Source of the DNA: a virus
Lineage: Duplodnaviria > Caudoviricetes
Virus record (IMG/VR): IMGVR_UViG_3300043681_000015
Location: 1 to 57,783 of that record
Direction: 5' to 3' (one strand)
Length of the DNA: 57,783 nucleotides
Shown: piece by piece, positions 51,038-57,783 of the stretch
Numbering within the stretch: the first letter of the stretch is position 1
Layout: every line of letters starts with the position of its first letter
The notes under the pieces: model-generated
The model's input: only the letters and a program-made list of their open reading frames with translations
Database searches by the model: none
Told to the model about the DNA's origin: nothing
Position numbers and translations under genes: made by a program

Positions 51038-52588
51038 ATGGCGACCAACCCGTTCCGCGCCGTGCGCGACTTCCTCACCGGCGAAGACCTCAAGGTGCGC
51101 CCCCCTGCCGCGCTACCGGAGCCGGCGCCGGAGGTGAAGTCGGCGCTCTACGCCTTCACGACGGAGAACTACGACAGCACCTACGTCGGCCCCGTCCTCT
51201 CGGCGGCGATGGGCGGGCAGCGCCTGGACTGGAACTCGGCCGTCTACGCCTGCCTGGCGGCCATCTGCAACTCCTTCCAGGAGGCGCCGCTGCGGGTGTT
51301 CCGCGTGGCGCGGGACGGCTCGGAGGAGTTCGAGAACGGCCACCCGCTCATGGTGCTGCTGGACGACCCCCACCCCTCCCTCTCGCAGCCCGAGGTCAAC
51401 TTCTGGCTGGAGTACGCCAAGAACGTCCACGGCAACGCCTACCTCCGGAAGATCCGCAGCAGCGCCGGCATCGTGGTGGAGCTGTGGCCCATCTCCCCCA
51501 CCAAGATGTGGCCCGTGACCACGACGGCGGACGGGAAGGCGGGGGTGTTCATCTCCTACTACCGGATGGACGTGGGGGACGGGAAGTTCGAGGACGTGCC
51601 CGTCGAGGACATCATCCACTTCCGCATGGGCGTGGACGACCGCGACCACCGCCTCGGCCTCTCCCCGCTGCGCCACCTGACGCGGGAGGTCAGCAGCGAC
51701 GAGGAGGCGACCAAGTTCTCGGACGCCCTGCTGAAGAACTACGCGGTGCCCGGACTGGCGGTGACCATCCCCCCGGGGCCGTCCCCCACGCAGGAGCAAG
51801 TCGAGCAGATCCGCGCCCGGCTCCGTGCGGAGTACGGGGGCGAGGGCCGGGGGCAGATCGCGGTGGTGGCGAACGGCGCCACGCTCACGCCCATCGGCTT
51901 CTCCCCCCAGCAGTTGGACCTCAAGGCGGCCCACGAGTTCCCGGAGAGCCGGATCGCGGCGGTGTTCGGCACCCCGGCGATGGTGGTGGGGCTGGGCATC
52001 GGCCTCCAGCGCAGCACCTTCTCCAACTACAAGGAGGCGCGCGAGGCCCTGTTCGAGCAGACCATCGTCCCCCTGTGGCGGGCGGACGCGGCGACGTTCC
52101 GGAAGCAGTTGCTGGTGCCGGACTTCGCGGGCACCCCGGACGTCCGCATGAAGTACGACCTGAACGAGGTGCGGGCGCTCCAGGAGGACCAGAACCAGAT
52201 CTACACCCGCCTGACCGAAGCGGTCAAGGCGAAGTGGCTCAAGCGGAACGAGGCGCGCGCCGAGGTGGGCTTCGACCCCATCGACGGGTGGGATGAGGAG
52301 GACGAGCAGAGCGCGGTGGACGCCGCGGCTGCGCTCACCGAGGCGACCGCCCCGGCCCTGCCGGACGGAGAGCAGCAGGAGGAAGCGGGTGGAGCGCCGC
52401 CGCCCCGGAACCAGCCCAGGCAGCAGCGGGCGCTGCCCTCGCCGCAGCGGAAGGCGCAGGGGCTGGGCGCGATCCCGGGGCTGCTGGATGCGGTGCACGA
52501 CCTGACGGCGCCGCTGGTGGAGCGCGACCTGGAGGCGTACCTCCAGGGGCAGAAGCGGCGGGTGCAGAGCCGACTGAGGGGAGGCTGA
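51038..52588 (+). CDS. Portal protein (HK97 family)
   Basis: SAVYAC, HPL..LL..P, GNAY, IIHFR, GLSPL, IAAVFG.P, NEARA..GFDP. Confidence 0.95.
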   Translation: MATNPFRAVRDFLTGEDLKVRPPAALPEPAPEVKSALYAFTTENYDSTYVGPVLSAAMGGQRLDWNSAVYACLAAICNSFQEAPLRVFRVARDGSEEFENGHPLMVLLDDPHPSLSQPEVNFWLEYAKNVHGNAYLRKIRSSAGIVVELWPISPTKMWPVTTTADGKAGVFISYYRMDVGDGKFEDVPVEDIIHFRMGVDDRDHRLGLSPLRHLTREVSSDEEATKFSDALLKNYAVPGLAVTIPPGPSPTQEQVEQIRARLRAEYGGEGRGQIAVVANGATLTPIGFSPQQLDLKAAHEFPESRIAAVFGTPAMVVGLGIGLQRSTFSNYKEAREALFEQTIVPLWRADAATFRKQLLVPDFAGTPDVRMKYDLNEVRALQEDQNQIYTRLTEAVKAKWLKRNEARAEVGFDPIDGWDEEDEQSAVDAAAALTEATAPALPDGEQQEEAGGAPPPRNQPRQQRALPSPQRKAQGLGAIPGLLDAVHDLTAPLVERDLEAYLQGQKRRVQSRLRGG

Positions 52589-52589
52589 G

Positions 52590-52805
52590 ATGGCCGAGAA
52601 GCGGGCGAAGTACAGCGAGGCGGACACGCAGGCGCAGCGGCAGTCGGTCATGGCCGACCTGGAGAGCGGCAAGACGTTCGAGCAGGCGGCCAAGAACGCG
52701 GGCGTGCCCGTGGGCCGGGCGCGGTGGCTCTACCGGGAGGGCGTGCGGCTCCAGCACTCCACCGAGCAGACCAGCGTCAGCACCAACCCGCTGCCCGAGG
52801 CGTAG
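52590..52805 (+). CDS. Small HTH-like protein
   Basis: GKTFEQAAKNAGVPVGRARW. Confidence 0.55.
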   Translation: MAEKRAKYSEADTQAQRQSVMADLESGKTFEQAAKNAGVPVGRARWLYREGVRLQHSTEQTSVSTNPLPEA

Positions 52806-53381
52806 ATGGCGGACGTGGAGGACGTCTACTCGCCGGAGGAGGAGCAGAGCGCCCTGGCGGCGGTGTTGTTTCCCCGGTACGAGCGGATGCTGGTGGTGAT
52901 GCACCAGATGGTGCAGTCCGCCTTCCCGGAGTTGACGCCGGACGAGTTCCGGCTGGACGACGCCGCCACCCGCAGGCTGCTGGCGAAGGCGGGGGAGCGG
53001 GTGATGCTGATCGACGGGGCCACCCGGCGGGCGCTCCAGGAGGTGCTCCAGTTGGGGCAGGCGCGCGGGTACTCGGACCGGCAGATCGCGGACGGCGTGC
53101 CGGAGGACGGGTACGGCGGGGTGGAGGGGCTCTACCTGAACACCTGGAAGTCGCGCGCCACGACCATCGCTCGCACGGAACTGAGCACCGCCCAGGTGGA
53201 GGCGGCCCTCGACCGCTACCAGGCGACGGGGCTGGTCACGAAGGTGGAACTGGTGGAGCACACCGGGACGGACGAGCCGTGCGCGGAGCGGAACGGCAAG
53301 GTGGTGCCCATCGCCTCCCACCCCCAGCTCGAGCACCCGAACTGTCGGCTCAGCGTGATCCCCGTGGTGGAGGGCGTATGA
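52806..53381 (+). CDS. MuF/SPP1 gp7-like head morphogenesis protein
   Basis: RATTIARTE..C...NGK..HPNCR. Confidence 0.85.
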   Translation: MADVEDVYSPEEEQSALAAVLFPRYERMLVVMHQMVQSAFPELTPDEFRLDDAATRRLLAKAGERVMLIDGATRRALQEVLQLGQARGYSDRQIADGVPEDGYGGVEGLYLNTWKSRATTIARTELSTAQVEAALDRYQATGLVTKVELVEHTGTDEPCAERNGKVVPIASHPQLEHPNCRLSVIPVVEGV

Positions 53382-54520
53382 CCGCTACGCTGGCACCTCG
53401 GCTCCTGCGGCCGGACGGGCTGCCGATCGACTTCGACCCGGACATCGACGCGCCGCTGGTGGGGCCGTCCGTGCTGGCGTTCGTGGGGCCGTCCTCCCCC
53501 GCCTGCAACATGTGGCGGGTGTGGCAGCCCTTCTCCTCCCTCCAGGTGCGGGGCTACCGGGCGGAGTGGGCGTGGCTCACCGACGCCCGCTCGGCGGACC
53601 ACATGCCGTTCTACGACGCCTACCTGTTCTGCCGCTCCATGTGGGACCGGCCGAACTGGGCGGGCGCGAAGCGGTGGCTCGCCTCGATCCGGAAGCAGGG
53701 TAAGAAGATCTTCTACGAGGCGGACGACGATCTGTTCTCCGAGTTCATGGTCGACCAGCAGATCAAGGGCATCAACTCCGAGTCCACGCGGGAGCGGCTC
53801 CGCGAGGAGGCGGCGTGCCAGCGGTGGGCCATGCAGCAGTGCGACGGCGTCACCGTGAGCACCCAGCGCCTCGCCACCACCGTCCGGGCGCTGACGGATA
53901 AGCCCGTCGTCGTGGTGCCCAACGCCATCGACGCCGAGTGGTTCACGGCGGTGCAGGCGATGTTTCCCCGCACGGTGCCGGGGCTGACCATCGGCTGGGC
54001 GGGCGGCCACCGTCCGGACACGGACGTGGCGGCGATGGCCGAGGCGTGGGGGCGCATCGCCAAGCGGTATCCGCACGTCACGTTCGTGCTCATGGGCTAC
54101 CAGTCCGACGCCGTCTGGTCCCGCGTGCCCCACGAGCGGATCAAGGCCCTGCCCTGGATGCACCAGTCGGAGTACCCCATGGGCCTGGTCAACGTGGACA
54201 TCGGCTGTTGCCCCTTGGAGGACCGGCCCTTCAACCGCAACAAGACGCCCATCAAGGCGTGGGAGTACGCCCTCTCCGGGGCGGCGGTGGTGGCGAGCCC
54301 GACCGTGTACAAGCAGTGCATCGACGGCGGGCGGACGGGGTTCCTGGCCGAGAACGCCGACCAGTGGGAGGAGGCCCTCTCCACCCTTATCCGGGACGCC
54401 GGCATCCGGCAGCGCATGGCCGCCGCCCTCAAGGCGGACGTCTTGAGCAAGTGGTCGCTCCGCAAGAACTTCCGCCGCTGGCCCGATGCGTGGCTCAAGC
54501 TCTGGACGGCCGCAGCATAG
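53378..54520 (+). CDS. GT-B (GT4-like) glycosyltransferase
   Basis: WRVWQP, YEADDDL, VTVST..L, VVPNAID, IGWAG, DIGCCPL..FNRNKTPIKAWEY. Confidence 0.85.
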   Translation: MTATLAPRLLRPDGLPIDFDPDIDAPLVGPSVLAFVGPSSPACNMWRVWQPFSSLQVRGYRAEWAWLTDARSADHMPFYDAYLFCRSMWDRPNWAGAKRWLASIRKQGKKIFYEADDDLFSEFMVDQQIKGINSESTRERLREEAACQRWAMQQCDGVTVSTQRLATTVRALTDKPVVVVPNAIDAEWFTAVQAMFPRTVPGLTIGWAGGHRPDTDVAAMAEAWGRIAKRYPHVTFVLMGYQSDAVWSRVPHERIKALPWMHQSEYPMGLVNVDIGCCPLEDRPFNRNKTPIKAWEYALSGAAVVASPTVYKQCIDGGRTGFLAENADQWEEALSTLIRDAGIRQRMAAALKADVLSKWSLRKNFRRWPDAWLKLWTAAA

Positions 54521-54521
54521 C

Positions 54522-54610
54522 CGCTATACTTCGACAGCGCACAACTAGATAAGCGGCGGCCGACGACCGGCGCCGGTTCGGACCCTTCGGGGTTCGGCCG
54601 GCGCTTTTTT
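54522..54610 (+). promoter_or_regulatory. Late promoter, conserved leader and intrinsic terminator (copy B)
   Basis: CGCTATACT, CGCACAA, ATAAGCGGCG, stem GGCGCCGGT..GCCGGCGC with a cTTCGg loop, then TTTTTT. Confidence 0.7.
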
Positions 54611-54644
54611 GTTGGTCCGCCTCCGCAGGGGAGGGACGGTTCCG

Positions 54645-55532
54645 GTGGATCTCGCGTTCGGTGCCCCGCTCCGCATCACCGAGGTGAAGGCCGCGGGCGA
54701 TGCGTGGGAGGTGTCCGGCTACGCCTCCACCTACGACCGCGACCTGGGGGACGACGTCGTTATCCCCGGCGCCTTCCAGAAGTCCCTCACCGCCGGGCGG
54801 CCCGTCCGCTTCCTCTACTCCCACGACCCCTCGCAGGTGCTGGGGACGGTGCAGGAGCTGAAGGAGGACGAGAAGGGCCTCTTCGGGCGCTTCAAGATCA
54901 GCCAGACCGCGCTCGGGAAGGACGTCCACACCCTCCTCAAGGACGGGGCGCTGGACTCCTTCTCCATCGGCTACCTGCCCACGGACTTCGAGCACGACCG
55001 CAAGGCGGGGGTGCGGAAGCTGACCGAAGTGGAGCTGCTCGAGGTGAGCGTGGTCGCCATGCCGATGAACCCCGCCGCCGTGGTGACCGGGGTGAAGGCG
55101 CTGGATGGGGTGGCCCTCCAGCAGGCGATGTCCGCCTACGTCGCCGACGCCGAGGCCCGGAAGCGGGCGGAGGCCGTCGAGCGGCCCATCGAAGCGATCC
55201 TTGACGACGCGCTGCGGGCGGTGAAAGCCCTCTGCGAGCGTCGCCGCGCGGACGGGCGGGAGCCCTCCGAGCGGACGGTGGCCGCCGTCGGCGCCTACCG
55301 CGATGCCCTCCTCAAGAGCGCGGCCGACCTGGCCGCCGCCGTCGTGGGGGAGCCCGTGGACGAGGCGCCGGAGGCACTCGAGCCCCCTGAGGCGAAAGCC
55401 GAGGACGGGAAGGGCGAGGCCGCCGACCCCACGACGGCCCTCGCGGGAGCGGGGCTGGTGGAGCGACACCAGCGGCGGAAGCGCATCAGCGCGCTGATCG
55501 CCAAGTACCGCGAGAAGGACGAAGCCGCATGA
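54645..55532 (+). CDS. HK97-family prohead protease
   Basis: GYAS..D...D.V.PGAF, LYSHD, GLF, SFSIGY, L.EVSVV..PMN. Confidence 0.92.
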   Translation: MDLAFGAPLRITEVKAAGDAWEVSGYASTYDRDLGDDVVIPGAFQKSLTAGRPVRFLYSHDPSQVLGTVQELKEDEKGLFGRFKISQTALGKDVHTLLKDGALDSFSIGYLPTDFEHDRKAGVRKLTEVELLEVSVVAMPMNPAAVVTGVKALDGVALQQAMSAYVADAEARKRAEAVERPIEAILDDALRAVKALCERRRADGREPSERTVAAVGAYRDALLKSAADLAAAVVGEPVDEAPEALEPPEAKAEDGKGEAADPTTALAGAGLVERHQRRKRISALIAKYREKDEAA

Positions 55533-56836
55533 CGATCCAGATGGCCGCGCTCGGCCAGAACATGAACCTCCAGGAGATGCAGCAGCAGTCGCTGGCCCGC
55601 AACGAGGCCGCGGCCGCGATCGAGGCCAAGTACATGGACTCGGTCATGCCCCAGGCCGAGAACGACGAGGTCAAGCGCCTCCTCGAGGAGGTCGACGTCC
55701 TGGAGATGAACATCCAGGCGCTCGAGGAGCGGTCGGGGCGGAATGCCCGCATCCAGGGGGCGATCAACAAGTACCGCACCCCGCAGCGCCCGCAGCAGTC
55801 GGCGCAGGGCGGGGACGAACTCCTGTCCCCGGGCGACCAGTTCACCCGCGGCGGGGCCTACCTCGACCTGAAGAACCGGGGCATCTTCAACTCCAGCCTC
55901 AACCGCGTCGACTTCGGCGTGGAGATGAAGGACGGCACCTCCCTCCTCCAGTGGAAGACCCTGCTGTTCGCCTCCACCGCCACCTCCGGCGGGTCGCTCG
56001 TCCAGAACGACGTCCGGCCGGGCATCCTCGAGGTGCTCCAGCGGGAGATCAACCTGCTCGACCTCATCCCCCGCTTGCAGACCAGCAGCGACACGGTGGA
56101 GTACGTCCAGCAGTCGTCGTTCACCAACAACGCCGCGGCGGTGGCCGAGGCGACCGGGAACGCGCGGACGGGCACGGACGGCACCAAGCCCGAGAGCGCG
56201 ATGGCCTTCCAGACCGTCACCGCGGCGGTGCGGACCATCGCCCACTGGCTGCCGGTGACGAACCGGATGCTCCAGGACGCCAGCCAGATCCGGGGCTTCA
56301 TCAACAGCCAGCTCCTGCTGGGCCTCGCTCTGGCGGTTGAGGGCCTGGTGCTGACCGGGGACGGGACCGGCGAGAACTTCACCGGCATCCTGAACGCCGG
56401 CATCAACACCATGGCGAAGGGCTCCTACAACGAGGTCGACGCCCTGTTCCACGCGCGCACCGTGGCCCGCACGGCGAGCAAGCTGGCCCCTACCGCCATC
56501 GTGCTCAACCCGGTGGACTACGAGCAGGTCCGCCTGCTGCGCGAGAACGCGGCCAGCGCCACCCTCGGGCAGTACCTCATGGGGCCGCCCAACACGCTGG
56601 GCATCCCGACCGTCTGGGGCCTGCCGGTGATCGAGTCCGAGGCGATGACGGCCGACACCGCGCTGGTCGGCAACTTCACGCAGGGCGTCTCCCTCTTCGA
56701 CCGCGAGCAGAGCGCGGTGAGGGTCGGCACCATCAACGAGCAGTTCATCCGGAACATCCAGACCATCCTGGCCGAGCAGCGCGCGGCCTTCGTGGTCTGG
56801 CGTCCCACCGCCTTCACCCGCGTCACCGGCTACTAG
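55529..56836 (+). CDS. Major capsid protein (HK97 fold, with N-terminal delta domain)
   Basis: KPES...F, TIAHWLPVT..MLQDA, GDGTGEN..GI, WGLPV, F.RN...ILAE.R..V.RP.AF. Confidence 0.95.
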   Translation: MTIQMAALGQNMNLQEMQQQSLARNEAAAAIEAKYMDSVMPQAENDEVKRLLEEVDVLEMNIQALEERSGRNARIQGAINKYRTPQRPQQSAQGGDELLSPGDQFTRGGAYLDLKNRGIFNSSLNRVDFGVEMKDGTSLLQWKTLLFASTATSGGSLVQNDVRPGILEVLQREINLLDLIPRLQTSSDTVEYVQQSSFTNNAAAVAEATGNARTGTDGTKPESAMAFQTVTAAVRTIAHWLPVTNRMLQDASQIRGFINSQLLLGLALAVEGLVLTGDGTGENFTGILNAGINTMAKGSYNEVDALFHARTVARTASKLAPTAIVLNPVDYEQVRLLRENAASATLGQYLMGPPNTLGIPTVWGLPVIESEAMTADTALVGNFTQGVSLFDREQSAVRVGTINEQFIRNIQTILAEQRAAFVVWRPTAFTRVTGY

Positions 56837-56839
56837 CCG

Positions 56840-57037
56840 ATGGGTGAGGGGGCGGTGCGGGAGCCGGCGAGCACCGGGGTGGCCGAGAGGCCCCCGGCTG
56901 CGCCGACCCAGCCGCGCCGCCCCCGCCGCGGACGCACCACGCGCAGCAAGATGCGGCGGGGCTACGAGGACAAGATGCGTCGCCCCGCTGAGGACAAGTC
57001 GCAGGGCTGGGATCTGTTCGGGAGCGCCCCCGCGTGA
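56840..57037 (+). CDS. Small basic hypothetical protein
   Basis: Between capsid and connector; EDKM.R..EDK repeat. Confidence 0.5.
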   Translation: MGEGAVREPASTGVAERPPAAPTQPRRPRRGRTTRSKMRRGYEDKMRRPAEDKSQGWDLFGSAPA

Positions 57038-57630
57038 CCGGCACCCTGTACGCCAGCCTGCCGGAACTGAAGCAGTACCTCGCCATCGGGGACGCGGCGA
57101 ACGACGTCGACCTGGAGCGGGCGTTGGACGCCGCCAGCCGGAAGATCGACGGCGAGTGCGGGCGCACCTTCGGCCTCCAGACGGCGCAGACCCGCCTCTA
57201 CTACCCCGAGAGCGCGTGGTCGGTGCGGACGCCCGACCTCGTGGCCGTCACGACCCTGAAGACGGACCCGGACGGCGACCAGACCTTCGACACCACGCTC
57301 ACCGTCGCGGACTACGAGCTGTGGCCCCTGAACGAGGGGCGCTACCAGGAGATCCGCATCCGGCCGCAGGCGGACGACTCCTTCACCCCCGGCAGGTACG
57401 TCCAGGTCGTCGGCACCTTCGGCGTCGTGGTGGACGGCGGCCTCCCGGTGGAGGTGCGGCAGGCGGCGCTCATCCTCGCGTCGCGCTACTACAAGCGTGC
57501 GGAGGCGCCGTTCGGGGTGCTCCAGAACACCGACCTGGGGCAGTACACCCGCCTGAGCACCAACGACCCGGACGTGGTCGCCCTGCTGTCCCCCTGGCGC
57601 CTCGCCGGGGGGAGCTGGGTCGTCGTCTGA
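57034..57630 (+). CDS. Head-tail connector (gp6/gp15-like adaptor)
   Basis: YASL.ELK.YL..AASR.ID..CGR.F..P..VRQAALILA..DPDV..LL.PW. Confidence 0.85.
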   Translation: MTGTLYASLPELKQYLAIGDAANDVDLERALDAASRKIDGECGRTFGLQTAQTRLYYPESAWSVRTPDLVAVTTLKTDPDGDQTFDTTLTVADYELWPLNEGRYQEIRIRPQADDSFTPGRYVQVVGTFGVVVDGGLPVEVRQAALILASRYYKRAEAPFGVLQNTDLGQYTRLSTNDPDVVALLSPWRLAGGSWVVV

Positions 57631-57777
57631 TGCGCCCCTACTACGAAGACGGCTCGGTGACGCTGTACCACGGCGACTGCCGCGACGTGCTGCCGTTCCT
57701 CACGCGAGGCGCCGACCTCTTGCTGACCGATCCCCCGTATGGGGTCGACTGGCAGAGCAACCGGCGGACGGAGGCGT
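57630..57777 (+). CDS. N-terminus of the DNA methyltransferase continued at 1-698
   Basis: ATG overlaps the connector stop; MRPYYEDGSVTLYHGDCRD runs into the terminal repeat. Confidence 0.85.
57652..57777 (+). repeat. Terminal direct repeat, copy 2
   Basis: Identical to 1-126; the last 6 nt of the window diverge. Confidence 0.95.
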
Positions 57778-57783
57778 GGGGCC

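Overview
This window is an essentially complete, circularly permuted genome of a very GC-rich temperate siphovirus. Bases 1-126 recur at 57652-57777, which implies a circle of about 57,651 bp. Read on the circle, the late region starts near 43.7 kb and runs in this order: a pre-terminase block of lectin/repeat virion-like genes, TerS, a DNA MTase, TerL, HK97-type portal, MuF-like protein, a glycosyltransferase, prohead protease, major capsid protein, head-tail connector, a second MTase, HK97 gp10-like protein and tail terminator. An 8-gene sugar synthesis/methylation/transfer cluster follows (four glycosyltransferase-like genes, a ColD-like PLP dehydratase, a DegT aminotransferase and two FkbM methyltransferases). 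After it come the tail tube, a chaperone with a -1 frameshift site, tape measure, tail tip/fibre genes and a holin plus C39-peptidase lysis cassette. The remainder holds an accessory region (VirB2-like pilin, membrane-anchored AAA ATPase, YdjM-like protein, HNH genes, a secreted Pro/Thr-rich protein), attP/tyrosine integrase/repressor, and early genes. The early genes include an ECF sigma-HNH-XRE fusion, Prim-Pol, an AAA helicase, a candidate origin, a PD-(D/E)xK nuclease, an Rpf-like muramidase, a third MTase and VRR-NUC. The best candidates for new biology are (i) the glycan pathway embedded in the virion morphogenesis operon, probably for virion glycosylation with modified sugars, (ii) repeated promoter/structured-leader/terminator units in the late region, two of them next to small ORFs, suggesting an antitermination system, (iii) the sigma-HNH-XRE fusion, and (iv) an FnIII domain split by one in-frame stop across two tail genes. 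All product calls come from motif recognition by eye; no database searches were run. The host is unknown; a monoderm, non-mycolate bacterium is inferred.
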